A DNA stretch of 62,933 nucleotides, counting the filler, from Octopus bimaculoides (Eukaryota): NCBI RefSeq assembly GCF_001194135.2. It is 6 parts of 6 records of this genome, joined end to end, with 100 filler letters (N's around TTAATTAATTAA, not from the genome) between each part and the next. Parts side by side here need not be neighbours in the genome. Positions count along the whole stretch, not along the records: positions 1 to 15,974 come from NC_069000.1; positions 16,075 to 22,274 come from NC_068989.1; 4 more parts are not named here. One strand, 5' to 3'. The notes beneath the pieces were generated by a model that was not told where the DNA came from, did no database searches, and saw only the letters and a list, made by a program, of their open reading frames with translations. Numbering within the stretch: position 1 is the stretch's first letter; each line of letters starts with the position of its first letter. The translations under genes were made by a program, and so were the position numbers. Positions 10,297 to 21,470 of the stretch are shown piece after piece.

Positions 10297-12559
10297 GCAA
10301 GCACAGACATGGTTCTGGGTTCTGTCCCACTGTGTGTAACCTCGGGCAAGTGTCTTCTAATATAGACTCGGGACAATCAAAGCCTTGTGAGAGGGGATTT
10401 GGTAGATGGAAACTGAAAGAATCCCGTTGTGTGTTTGTCTCCTTGTCTTGATATCATGTGATTGTTGTAAGTGAATGCCATTCCTTTTCAATTTTCTGTG
10501 AAAACCTGTCTGTCCTTCAGGGGGAAATATTACCTTCCCAACAGGTGAGAGTTGGTGACAGGAAAGGCATCCAGCTATAGAAACCAACCTACACAAGCAT
10601 GGAGAAATGGATATTAAAATGGTGTGTCTATGTGCTTGGTAATAATCATCCATCCTCCATCATTTTGAATCTGGGTTTTGTCCCTGTTAATGGGGGTGGC
10701 TGAATATACCTCAATGCTATAGCAACTGCCCTCACACCATCTTGCCCTGTTTTAGGCGTCCTCCCTTCTCAAGCCAACCCTCCCAATCTCCTCCTCCACC
10801 TGTCCCCTCCGCATTTTCCTTGGTCTACCTTGCTTTCGCTGTCCATTTACCTCAGACATGTTTTTAACCACACACACATATATACACGATGGGCTTCTTT
10901 CAGTTTCCGTCTATCAAATCCACTCTCAAGGCTTTGGTCAGCCCAAAGCTATAGAAGACACTTGCTCAAGTTGCCATGAAGTGGGACTGAACACAAAACC
11001 ATGTGGTTGGCAAACAAACTACTTACCACACAGCCATATTTTTTCTTTGAAGTCTGCTATTTATTGCTATCATTTTCCTTTTCTTTCTTTTGTTTTTTTT
11101 TTGTAGACGTACCACATTGTGTGGAACTCTTGATTACCTGCCTCCAGAGATGATTGAGAACCGGCCACATGATGACAAGGTGGATTTGTGGAGTCTTGGA
11201 GTGTTGTGCTACGAGTTTTTGGTTGGCAAGCCACCGTTTGAGGCCGACGGCCACTCAGAGACCTATCGAAGAATAACGAAAGTTATTTACACATTCCCTG
11301 ATTACGTGAGTTCAGATGCTGCCGACTTGATCAAAAAGGTACGCTTACCTCCCTTATCAACTGAGAGTTGTGTGGCGCTTTCTGGTGTGTGTGTGTGTGG
11401 TAAGTTGTTGTTTATGGGTGTGGCTGCATGGTTAGGAAACTTGCCTTCTGATCTTGTGGGCTTGGATTCAATTCCACTGTGTGTGTGCATCAGCTTGGAC
11501 ATGTTTCTTGTATTATATAGCCCTGGGCCGACCAAATCCTTTTGAATGGGTATTGTAGACAGAGACTGGAAGAAAGTGTCACTTGGGTATGATCATTGTT
11601 GTCATTTCCAGTGTTCTGTGAAAAACGTCTGGCCCTGGGGAAATATCACTTTATGTGGAAACGGGTAAGGGTTAGGGACAGGAAGAGCTTCTGACTAGTA
11701 AATCTGCCCCAAAGAATTCTATCTAACTGATGTAAGCCTGGAAGAGTGGATGTTAAAATGGTGTGTATGTGTGTGTTTGAGATTAGAGCATTGGGCTTGT
11801 TATCATGAAGTAGGGAGTTCAATTTCCAAACGGGGCTGTGTTGTTTTTCTTGAGCAAGACACGTTATCTCAGTCACATTGCTCAAGTTCGCTCAACTATA
11901 GAAATGAGGTGCAATGTCACTGGGGCCAAGCTGTATCGGGCCCCTTTGCCTTTACCTTGGATGACATTGGTGGCATGGAGAGGGGACGCTGGTATGCATG
12001 AGTGACTGCTGGTCTTCCATAAACCTTTCCTAAACTTGTGCCTCTGATGGGGAACTTTCTAGGTGCAGTCCCATAGTGATTTGTGACTGAATGGGGTTGT
12101 TATGGGAGGATGTGAAGGTGTGTAGCTCAGTGGTTGGGGCACTGAGCTTACAATTATATAGTTGTTCTTGAGCAAGGTACTTTATTTCACTTTGCTCCAG
12201 TTCACTCAGCTGTAGAAATAAGTTGCGACGTCACAGGCACCAAGCTGTATCCTCCTTTGCCGTGGAGAAAGGGGAGGCCGGTATGCATGGGCGACTGCTG
12301 GTCTTCCATAAACAACCTTTCCTGGACTTGAGCTTCGGATAGGGATCTTTCTGTGTAGTCCTTATGGCCCTTCATGACAACTGAAGGTTGTCTTTAATTA
12401 ATATGATGTTTATACATTGTTTTTTATTTCTCTTTGCAGCTGTTGCGATTTGACCCTGCTCAAAGACTGCCTTTGACAGGTGTACTCAGCCACCGTTGGA
12501 TCACAGCGAAAAGCAATGTCACTATCCCAGTGGTCCCACAGTCAACAGAATCTCAATAA
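1961..12559 (+). CDS. AURK: Aurora kinase (A/B-like), 5'-partial spliced CDS join(1961..2099,10033..10181,11107..11338,12440..12559)
   Basis: The four exons splice in frame to [14 protein letters not shown]...[11 protein letters not shown]...[30 protein letters not shown]...[20 protein letters not shown]...[12 protein letters not shown]...ESQ*. All introns are GT-AG and the phases are compatible (2,0,2,0). Confidence 0.97.
2650..3025 (-). mobile_element. SINE family A with RTE-type tail (decayed)
   Basis: The head and core match other family A copies. The tail contains (rc) aagggcatcctgctgtagatc. Confidence 0.6.
3426..3769 (+). mobile_element. tRNA-derived SINE family R with 11-bp TSD
   Basis: Head ggcgcaatggcccagtggttagggcagc...gtttcgattccc, (CAA)n tail, and TSD tgtgcacttac at 3415-3425 and 3770-3780. 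A close copy lies at 15690-15974. Confidence 0.9.
6660..7015 (-). mobile_element. SINE family B units (tRNA-like head plus gcctttcatcctttcggggtcgat domain)
   Basis: Two tandem units with the ...gtcccctttatgtttaaccccttgtgggcaataaagaaat tail. Further family B copies lie near 1-140, 4770-4980, 6060-6270, 8680-9100, 24010-24190, 26830-27110, 33080-33280, 34665-34885 and 43520-43640. Confidence 0.75.
8353..8619. mobile_element. piggyBac-like MITE with a nested family C insertion
   Basis: TTAA at 8349-8352 and 8620-8623. TIRs ccctttagcatt / aatgctaaagaa. A more decayed copy lies at about 8174-8332 and a fragment at about 9885-9960. Confidence 0.7.
10033..10181 (+). CDS. AURK: Aurora kinase exon (149 nt), catalytic loop and DFG
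   Basis: ttttatag|TAT ATT...TCA AG|gtactt, translating as [49 protein letters not shown](R). Confidence 0.97.
10285..10625 (+). mobile_element. SINE family A with RTE-type tail (Aurora intron)
   Basis: ctcgggcaagtgtcttcta...ggatttggtagatggaaactgaaag...gacaggaaaggcatccagctatag. A similar copy lies at about 11410-11760. Confidence 0.75.
11107..11338 (+). CDS. AURK: Aurora kinase exon (232 nt), activation loop to C-lobe
   Basis: ttgtag|A CGT ACC ACA...AAA AAG|gtacgc, translating as [77 protein letters not shown]. Confidence 0.96.
11785..12395 (+). mobile_element. Two tandem CORE-like SINEs in the last Aurora intron
   Basis: Both copies carry ttcttgagcaag...ctcagct...aagctgtatc...gtatgcatg(a/g)gtgactgctggtcttccataaac. 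Confidence 0.65.
12440..12559 (+). CDS. AURK: Aurora kinase last coding exon
   Basis: tctttgcag|CTG TTG CGA..., translating as [39 protein letters not shown], with TAA at 12557-12559. Confidence 0.93.
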   Translation: MLRFDPAQRLPLTGVLSHRWITAKSNVTIPVVPQSTESQ

Positions 12560-13432
12560 TATTTTAGCATTTACTTTACCTACCTACCTAACCAGCCAAC
12601 CACTGTTCTTCCCTTCACCCCCGTTTGTTTTTTTGTTTCCTCCTTGTCCAGTTTATGACCCATGGCAAGAACTGCAATAAGGAAACTAGTTTATAACAGC
12701 AACTGAAAAAAAAAAAAAAAAATTGTTGCAAGAAAAAAGTAGATTGGATGGCAAGGTGTAAATAATTAAATTTTACCTGGACATACCTTTTACCCACCCT
12801 CTTTATCACCACCACTGACCCCATCTGATGGTTGTGCCTCCCACCAACCTCCTCTTCTGAGTAATTTGAAATTTCTCTCATTTGTTCTCAAGACTGTTTT
12901 TCTCTTGAGACTTCTGTGCTTTGGAGATGTATGTGTGGGTGGGTGTGTGTGTGGTTATTTTAGTAACAAACCCTGTCGTGTGTGATTTGTGTATGTAAGT
13001 GTATATAATTGTATGTGTATGTGTTGAAAATGGATGCAAGAGATCCTAATTGCTATTAAACAAATGAACCCTGCATATATAAACCCCTTGTTTCTTGGTT
13101 TATAACTTCACCCACACACACACATGCTCTTATATCTTTGAAGAGAACAGACAGACATGCTCATCAAATCAGCCTTGTTGGTATACAACCATGATGCATT
13201 GCTTTTTTTGTCTCTCTCTCTCATCCTTTCCACTCTTTTCTCTAGAGTTCTCTCCCTCTGCCCCCCCCCCCCTCTCTCTCTCTGTCCACTGTGCATGCAT
13301 GCCATTTGTTAGCTGTGGTCCTGTACGTGCAGTGGTGACGACTTTGACAAAGCAATCAACTGTAGCCATAAGCAGCAGGGAGTAAGAATTGAATTTAATT
13401 TTTAAAAAAATCAACATAAAAAAAAAATACAG

Positions 13433-13492
13433 AAATGTAATAAAAATACCTAAAATTATTCTTTATTGGAATTGTATTAAAATGTAATAAAA
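13433..13492 (+). terminator. Candidate polyadenylation signals of the Aurora mRNA
   Basis: AATAAA at 13439-13444 and 13486-13491, each inside the 13-mer aaatgtaataaaa. A U/GU-rich tract follows (13507-13550). This is about 0.9 kb after the stop codon. Confidence 0.5.
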
Positions 13493-13681
13493 GGAGAAAA
13501 ATACGATTTTGTTTTTTATTATTTTTGTGATAATCCTTGTGTGTTTTAATTATTTAAGACGAGTGTGTAGGCGTAGTGGCAGTTGAGATGTTTGCTTGTT
13601 AACCATATGGTTTTAGGCTCAATTCCAGCGCATGGCACCTTGGGCAAGTGAGTGTATTTTTTTATTATTTATTCTATATGT

Positions 13682-14045
13682 GTAGGCACAGGAATGGCTG
13701 TGTGGTACGAAGCTTGCTTCCCAACCACATGGTGCCGGATTCAGTCCCACTGCATGGCACCTTGGGCAAGTGTCTTCTACTATAATCTTAAGCCTATCAA
13801 AGGCTTCTGAGTGGATTTGGTAGACGGAAACTCAAAGAAGCCTGTCGTATATATGTGTGTGTATGTTTTTGTGTCTGTCCCTTGACAACCGATGTTGGTG
13901 TGTTTACGTCCCCGTAAAGTGGAGGTTTGGCAAAAGTGACAGATAGAATAAGTACTAGGCTTACAAAGAATAAGTGCTGGGCGCGATTTGTTCGACTAAA
14001 GGCAGTGCTGCAGCATGGCCGTTGTCAAATTTCTGAAACAAAAGA
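13682..14045 (+). mobile_element. SINE family A, near full length, type-1 tail
   Basis: ggctgtgtggtacgaagcttgcttcccaaccacatgg...gcggtgctccagcatggcc-like tail ending ...gaaacaaaagaata. Confidence 0.85.
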
Positions 14046-14254
14046 ATATATATATAAAACGGGTCATAGTAATGTGGGGTGGTGGGCTTTGTTACCTTGC
14101 TTGGAAACGGATGATACTAACAAGGTTATCTTGCTGTAGAAAGTGTTTGAATAAACTCCGTCTGACTCCTGCAGGCATTTGAGTAAGATCCTATCTATTT
14201 CTAGCTGTGTAGAAGGAGCTACAGTGTGCATTTCAGAAGTTTTGAGCAGTTGTT

Positions 14255-14446
14255 TTAAAGATGGAGGATATGACAAGAGGCCTGGACACCTTCCTTTTGG
14301 TGGACTTCTATGAGACCTTTACAGATTGGCTGCAGCGCTACAAGTGCCTTGAAGTCGGAAGGTCCTACTTTGAAATATTTTAGTTTTGTATTTCTTCAAA
14401 ATGAAATGTCTCTCCTGAAAAAGTCAGAAAACGTTTGGAATGCGGT
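14255..14446 (+). mobile_element. Mariner transposase C-terminal relic with decayed 3' TIR
   Basis: Translates as ...LDTFLLVDFYETFTDWLQRYKCLEVGRSYFE, matching the mariner W..R..KC...G.YFE end. It is followed by the TIR-like aaaaagtcagaaaacgtttggaatgc. Confidence 0.6.
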
Positions 14447-14574
14447 ATTTCGGTTTAAAAGGTGGTGTGAATATGTAGATCACAGGACGATGTGCCAACT
14501 GCATCTCAAGATCTGGCTTCCAATTCAGACTTCGTTCTTTTAGGCTCGATAACATAAGAGTACCCATTCAAGCA

Positions 14575-14900
14575 GGCTTTCTATGACCTAACGCTTGAGG
14601 TGAAGGTTGCAGGTAGCTGTTTGGTTTCCTGCATGTCGCTGACCAATCTATTTACAAGTGCCAACTTCTTGGCCAAAATTTGTATTTATCATATTTACAG
14701 GTCTAAAATTATCTATTTGAAACCCCTATTTCTGGTCCTTTCTCAGCAGTACCACTACGTCACGGCCCACAATTCTCTCATTCTGTTGCCAGCTACGGTA
14801 GACATCAGTTGAGAGATCACCAAACAAGTCTAGTATGGGAAAATAAATCTCGAAGTACAGCACCAGAGACTTTTTCCTTGTGCAGCCAGTCATCGCGTCC
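14575..14900 (-). mobile_element. Tx1/L1-like reverse transcriptase N-terminal fragment (pseudogenic)
   Basis: LDLFGDLSTDVYRSWQQNE...VVVLLRKDQK*GFQIDNFRPVNMIN...KLALV...NLHLKR*VIE, i.e. the FRPI.L.N motif region with frameshifts. Confidence 0.75.
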
Positions 14901-15111
14901 ATGTGTTTGCACCCCACGACCAAATCTTATATGGACCCAGGTTGAGAATCACTGGGCTAGACAAACATCTTTACCTCACATATTTTTCTTAATCAATTCG
15001 GTTTCTTTTGCAGCCGTAGCTGTCAATGTAACGTTGTCATTTGTTTTACTGTGATTGCTTGCGTTTCTGTTATTTTTCTTATATTTATTGGTGTTGCACT
15101 GGTGGTGAAGT

Positions 15112-15362
15112 GGAGGTGCGTGGCATAGTGGTTAAGGCGTTGGACTTATGATTGTAAGATCGTGCTTTCGATTTCTGGTCCGGGCGACACGTGTTCTTGA
15201 ACAAAACACTTCATTTCACGTCGATCCATTCCATTCAGCTGGCAAAAATGAGTAATCCTGCGAGTGACTGGCATTCCATCCAGGTGGGGGAATTTATACG
15301 CCATGGAAATCAGGAATCTTGATCTATGAGTTTAAGTGACTCGGGAAGGAACTTTACTTTAC
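15112..15362 (+). mobile_element. tRNA-headed CORE-like SINE (family D)
   Basis: A box tggcatagtgg, B-box-like ttcgatttc, core ttgaacaaaacacttcatttcacg...cagctggcaaaaatgagt, (acttt)n tail. Confidence 0.75.
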
Positions 15363-15689
15363 TATTGGTGGTGATGTCGGTTTTTTTTTTTTCTATTTTG
15401 TCTTGTTGGCTGATGGCTGCGATGTTGACACTCATTGGAGAAAAGTCAATTTCATAGTTTGAGGGCGGCGGCGTTGTCGTTCCTGTTGCTGCTGCTGCTG
15501 GCCATGATAGTAGTGTACTTCTTTGGACTTTGAGTACTCACCCCCACCCCATCCCATTTCATGATGAAGGTGAAAGCAAACGATTCTAATATGTGCTGCA
15601 ACTCTCTCTCTTAGAGCTACCTCTGGCTTCTCCCATTGGGCAAGACAAACGTCACCTTGTTTGTTTGTAAAGGATTATTTTTCAATTCG

Positions 15690-15974
15690 TGGAGGCGCAA
15701 TGGCCCAGTGGTTAGGGCAGCGGACTCACGGTCATAGGATCGCGGTTTCGATTCCCGGACCGGGCGTTGTGAGTGTTTATTGAGCGAAAACACCTAAAGC
15801 TCGACGAGGCTCCGGCAGGGGATGGTGGCGAACCCTGCTGTACTCTTTCACCACAACTTTCTCTCACTCTTACTTCCTGTTTCTGTTGTGCCTGTAATTC
15901 AAAGGGTCAGCCTTGTCACACTGTGTCACGCTGAATATCCCCGAGAACTACGTTAAGGGTACACGTGTCTGTGG
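15690..15974 (+). mobile_element. SINE family R, cut by a contig end
   Basis: Very similar to 3426-3769 and runs into the linker. Confidence 0.9.
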
Positions 15975-16074
15975 NNNNNNNNNNNNNNNNNNNNNNNNNN
16001 NNNNNNNNNNNNNNNNNNTTAATTAATTAANNNNNNNNNNNNNNNNNNNNNNNNNNNNNNNNNNNNNNNNNNNN
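15975..16074. other. Artificial assembly join linker 1
   Basis: N44-TTAATTAATTAA-N44 = 100 bp, palindromic, with stop codons in all six frames. Confidence 0.97.
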
Positions 16075-16604
16075 GGGAGGAGGACCTTACTGATGTTGGT
16101 GTTGTTATTCTTTGTCCTACAACGCCGCCGTCTCCCTCTGCATACACATTACATACACGCGCGCATACACACAAGCATACATATACACATACACACATAA
16201 ACACACTCATATGTATTTCTTCCTCATCCTCATCCTCCTCCGTCTCTTTTCCTCCTCATCCTTCTCCTCCCCTGCCTCTTTTCCTCCTCATCATCCTCCT
16301 CCACCTCCTCATCATCCTCCTCTGTCTCTTTTCCTCCTCCTCCCCCTTCTCCGCCACCACTACACTTATATATTTGTTTGTTCTCATCATTGTTTCTTTG
16401 TTATTTTTGTATATTTTTCGTTTCCTTTTTGCTTTGTCTTTTTACCTTTTGTTTTTTTAGTGATTTTGTTATAATTCATTGCGTTTTCTTTTATATCTCG
16501 TTTTCTTTTCTTATCTTTTGTTTACTTTTGTGGTTGTCTTGCTTTATATATATATAAACATACATACATACATACACGCACGCACACATGCAAACATACA
16601 CATG

Positions 16605-16639
<35 letters not shown>

Positions 16640-16899
16640 GCGTGTATGTATGAATGTATATGGAGTGTATGTGTAGATATGTGTATGTATGTATGTATAT
16701 AAGAATGAATTATATATGTATGCATCTATGTATGCATGTGTTTGTATATGTATGATTGTATGTATGTGTGAATGTATGTATGTATGTATGAATGTATGTA
16801 TGTTTGTCTGTATGTATATATGTACATGTGTATGTAAGGTATGTATACTTGTATGTATGTGTATATATAAGTCTATATGTGTGTGTGGGTGCGTGTAAA

Positions 16900-16945
<46 letters not shown>

Positions 16946-17944
16946 NNNNNNNNNNNNNNNNNNNNNNNNNNNNNNNNNNNNNNNNNNNNNNNNNNNNNNN
17001 NNNNNNNNNNNNNNNNNNNNNNNNNNNNNNNNNNNNNNNNNNNNNNNNNNNNNNNNNNNNNNNNNNNNNNNNNNNNNNNNNNNNNNNNNNNNNNNNNNNN
17101 NNNNNNNNNNNNNNNNNNNNNNNNNNNNNNNNNNNNNNNNNNNNNNNNNNNNNNNNNNNNNNNNNNNNNNNNNNNNNNNNNNNNNNNNNNNNNNNNNNNN
17201 NNNNNNNNNNNNNNNNNNNNNNNNNNNNNNNNNNNNNNNNNNNNNNNNNNNNNNNNNNNNNNNNNNNNNNNNNNNNNNNNNNNNNNNNNNNNNNNNNNNN
17301 NNNNNNGGTGTTGTTTATATATATTGTTCTTTGCCTTCATTTGACTAAGTGGGTTTTCTGTTAATGATTCTAGCGCGGCGCAAACGACCGTGAAACACAG
17401 AAGCAGATTTAATCGCTTCGGAAAACACAACAGAACATTTTGTCTTTGTGTTTTGTTCTTGCTTTTGGTTTTTTTTTTTAATCAAAAATAAAAACAAATG
17501 AAATCTCGAAAACCAAAAACAAAGAAATAATACGCGACAAAAAGACAAACGGAAATGAAAATAAGAAGAACTAAACAGAATCCCTCCATGCCCACCCCCA
17601 ACAACATCCTAAAAATTTGTGCAAAGATTTGTTAAGAAGAAGAACAAAGAAATTCGTGAGAAGTATAAATAAATATATATGTAAATATTTAAATGAATAG
17701 ATAAAGGGCAACGTGGCCCCTGCCCCACCTCGCAGCACGTACGTACCACTACGATTTTCTTTAATTAAACTCTGCCATCTATCTGCTTAGACCTACGATA
17801 TATAGCAAATACGCCAACATCAACAACAACAACAAGTTTAAACTAATCGCAAAACAACGACCTCTAAAACCTTCCACGGAAATAACGACACTTGTAACTA
17901 GAACAACGGCAGAAACCTCAACAACAAGAACAACAACAACTATA

Positions 17945-18733
17945 ATTGTAATCCTTTCTACTAAAGGCACAATGTCTGAAATTTGTGGGGAGGGGGCAAG
18001 TCGATTACATCGATCCCAGTGTGCAACTGGTACTTAATTTATCGACTCCCGAAAGGATGAAAGGCAAAGTCGACCTCGGCTGAATTTGAACTCAGAACGT
18101 TGCGGCTGACGGAATACCTATTTCTTTACTGCCCACAAGGGGCTACACACAGAGGGGACAAACAAGGACAGACAAACGGATTAAGTCGATTATATCGACC
18201 CCAGTGCGTAACTGGTACTTAATTTATCGACCCCCGAAAGGATGAAAGGCAAAGTCGACCTCGGCTGAATTTGAANNNNNNNNNNNNNNNNNNNNNNNNN
18301 NNNNNNNNNNNNNNNNNNNNNNNNNNNNNNNNNNNNNNNNNNNNNNNNNNNNNNNNNNNNNNNNNNNNNNNNNNNNNNNNNNNNNNNNNNNNNNNNNNNN
18401 NNNNNNNNNNNNNNNNNNNNNNNNNNNNNNNNNNNNNNNNNNNNNNNNNNNNNNNNNNNNNNNNNNNNNNNNNNNNNNNNNNNNNNNAATACCGCTAAGC
18501 ATTTCGCCCGGCGTGCTAAAGTTTCTGCCAGCTCGCCGCCCTAATACAATAATAATGGTCTCAATTTTTTTGGAATAAGGGCAGCATTTCTAGAGGTACT
18601 TTATTTTATGGAAGCCCGAAAGGGTGAAAGGCAAAATTGACCTCGGTAGAGTTTGAACTAGGGACGTAAAGAGCTGGAAGAAATATCGCTAAGCATTTCG
18701 CCCGGCGTGCAAAAGATTCTTCCGGCTCGCTGC

Positions 18734-18769
<36 letters not shown>

Positions 18770-18900
18770 CCTTTCTACTTTAGACACAAGGCCTGAAATT
18801 TTGGTGGAGGGGACCAGTCGACTACATCGATCCCTGTACGCAACTGGCACTTAATTTATCGACACCGAAAGGATGAAAGGTAAAGTCCACCACGGTGGAA
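17945..18900 (-). mobile_element. Head-to-tail cluster of family B SINE units
   Basis: At least four units, all on the minus strand, separated by (AAT)n tracts. One N-gap lies inside (18276-18487). Confidence 0.8.
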
Positions 18901-19618
18901 TTTTACACCTGCTCGATTGAATCATATTTCTTTGTCCTTTGAATCTCTTAACATTATCCATTTCCGTATCTTCCCAGCCTAATAAATTTCACCAAATGAT
19001 TTGTACTGAATTTCTTTTGCCGTAATGAGCTCAGATGTTTAAACATTACATTTGTGTTCAATGATTTGAAATTGTGACAATGTAAGCTCATATATTATTA
19101 ATACTAACCAACAAAGGCATGAGACTACTCAGGCTTTTTATATATGCCTTTAACCCATCGATAACCATTAATCTACCCTCAGCGTGCTTCGTAATCTCCA
19201 CACCACGGCCCCAGAATATCCTTGCCCCAAACTCTTAATAGGTTTCCTCCATAACTTTTGTTGTTTATTTTACTTCCTTCAGTACACCCTTAACAAATAT
19301 CAAACTACGCGACATTTTTTTTATTTTAACCCACTTGACCACGTCATCAGCCCATCCAGCTGTAAAAGCCTCACCTGTGTGGTCTGCTGATCTACAGGTG
19401 AAAGAGTCAAATCATTCACGAAGGCTTTTTTGACTTTAAAATTCTTGGTTACCAGATATTTTTTTTTTAAGTTTCTTACAGATGGGTGCAGGCGTGACTG
19501 TGCGGTAAAAAGCTTGCTTCCCAACTACATGGTTCTGGATTCAGTCCTACTGCGAGGCACCTCGGGTTGACCAAAGCCTTGTGAGAGGATTTGGTAGACG
19601 GAAACTGAAAGCGCGTCG

Positions 19619-19674
<56 letters not shown>

Positions 19675-19911
19675 TATATTTATATATATATATATATATA
19701 GCTTAAAGAGTTGAGCATATATATTTAGCTTAATAGGTAAAGCACTCCAACCGGATATTGGAGAGGTGTGAGTTCGATCTTCATGGCTGATATATATATA
19801 TGTTTGTATGTCTGTTTTTGTTGAGTTGTGCGCCATCGTTGGAACGAATTACCAGGTGACTTCAATGTAAGAATCATTTTTGATTTAGCTACTTTACTGA
19901 CAGTGTTAAAC

Positions 19912-20166
19912 CAGTGATCCTCAACAATTTTTAACCTATAGACCCCTTAATTCCTATTTTACTCGAGTGGGCCCTCATAGCCATCCGATGTTTAAATAAT
20001 CCTATCATATTTTTTATAACTAAATATTATTAATTGTGTTTAAAAAAATCTGCTAAAATATTTTGCGTATTGTAGAAATAAAACCAACTTATTCTCCATA
20101 AATTCTAACAACAAAATCTTAAAGGGACCCCCCAAAGGTCATGAGAACCCCGTTTGAGAAACCCTG
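19912..20166. mobile_element. hAT-Charlie-type MITE, 255 bp
   Basis: TIRs cagtgatcctcaac / tttgagaaaccctg. 8-bp TSD tgttaaac (19904-19911) / tattaaac (20167-20174) with a central TA. Confidence 0.85.
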
Positions 20167-20677
20167 TATTAAACAGTACAATAAGTGCATCCCAAACTGA
20201 TATTATTGAAAGGAGAATTTCCATTAGTAAGATACCATTTTTAATGCCTTCAGGCCGTAAGTACACATATCCGCTAATGTTGCTATATATATATATTGTC
20301 GTTGGATGTAAATGGCTGCGCATTTGATAAAGTGTTTGCAGGTTATTTGTTGATAATGTGAGATTTAGATTATTTGAATTTCGTACTCTTTTATACGAGA
20401 TTACTTTGTTATAGTTATTTTTGTTGACATTGATGTTGTTTATCCTCCAAGTCATTCCTGATTCGAACAAACTTATCGTTAAAGAGCCTTCTAGCCGCGA
20501 CCATCCTAGTTTTTTTTTCTTACAACAGTGACAACGTTGCATCGCCTTCCATAACCGCCATTATCCAACCCAGTAAATGTTCTACAATGAACTATTTATT
20601 TCAATGACTAAATTAACCATCATCGCCACCTCTACCACCACGACTAGCATAGCTATCACTCCCTCTTTTTATCTATT

Positions 20678-20721
<44 letters not shown>

Positions 20722-21129
20722 TCTATCTNNNNNNNNNNNNNNNNNNNNNNNNNNNNNNNNNNNNNNNNNNNNNNNNNNNNNNNNNNNNNNNNNNNNNNNN
20801 NNNNNNNNNNNNNNNNNNNNNNNNNNNNNNNNNNNNNNNNNNNNNNNNNNNNNNNNNNNNNNNNNNNNNNNNNNNNNNNNNNNNNNNNNNNNNNNNNNNN
20901 NNNNNNNNNNNNNNNNNNNNNNNNNNNNNNNNNNNNNNNNNNNNNNNNNNNNNNNNNNNNNNNNNNNNNNNNNNNNNNNNNNNNNNNNNNNNNNNNNNNN
21001 NNNNNNNNNNNNNNNNNNNNNNNNNNNNNNNNNNNNNNNNNNNNNNNNNNNNNNNNNNNNNNNNNNNNNNNNNNNNNNNNNNNNNNNNNNNNNNNNNNNN
21101 NNNNNNNNNNNNNNNNNNNNNNNNNNNNN

Positions 21130-21470
21130 ATATATATGGTAGTTGTCTCCTTCTTATACAGAATTTGACCACCTCCTTGTACCTACACCTTAGCACTATC
21201 ATGGCGTCTGATGTGGCTTTTTAAACCAGACAATGTTCTGAAAAGACACCCACATAGATTGCACATCCGATTTGGACCACCAAGAGCTGCAGATAAGTTC
21301 TGATCTTTGTGGATCTTAAAATGTTTTTTGGGGCCTTCGTTAGACTTGTAGACCTCATAGCGGACATGGCATTCAAAGGTGTGCACAGACATTTAGGCGG
21401 AATAGTTGGCGGAGATTCGTTTTCCATGCGTTGTTGACGAAACTTTGCATACGTGTTAAACTAACATCCA
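21130..21470 (-). mobile_element. RTE/BovB-like LINE 3' fragment
   Basis: C-terminal C2H2-like CNLCGCLFRTLSGLKSHIRRH, followed by a short 3' UTR ending aaggagacaactacca(ta)n. Confidence 0.7.

Noticed and set aside
14930-14962. hAT-Charlie-like end (cagtgattctcaac, rc) with a ggctagac flank
   Set aside because: The matching second end and TSD copy were not found, so no element can be delimited.
16019-16030. TTAATTAATTAA as a conserved biological motif or PacI/piggyBac site
   Set aside because: It is always centred in exactly 44+44 Ns, so it is an assembly linker.
19170-19250. LGQGYSGAVV, resembling a kinase glycine-rich loop (minus strand)
   Set aside because: Short frame closed by stops, no following VAIK lysine motif, and no splice context.
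19725-20542. Minus-strand ORF that extends to 184 aa if the hAT MITE and one TSD are removed, with a hydrophobic stretch (GILLMEILLSIISVWDALIVLF)
   Set aside because: No recognisable family. It runs through (TA)n and a tRNA-like relic and has an AT-driven N/I/L composition, so it is probably chance. A profile search would settle it.
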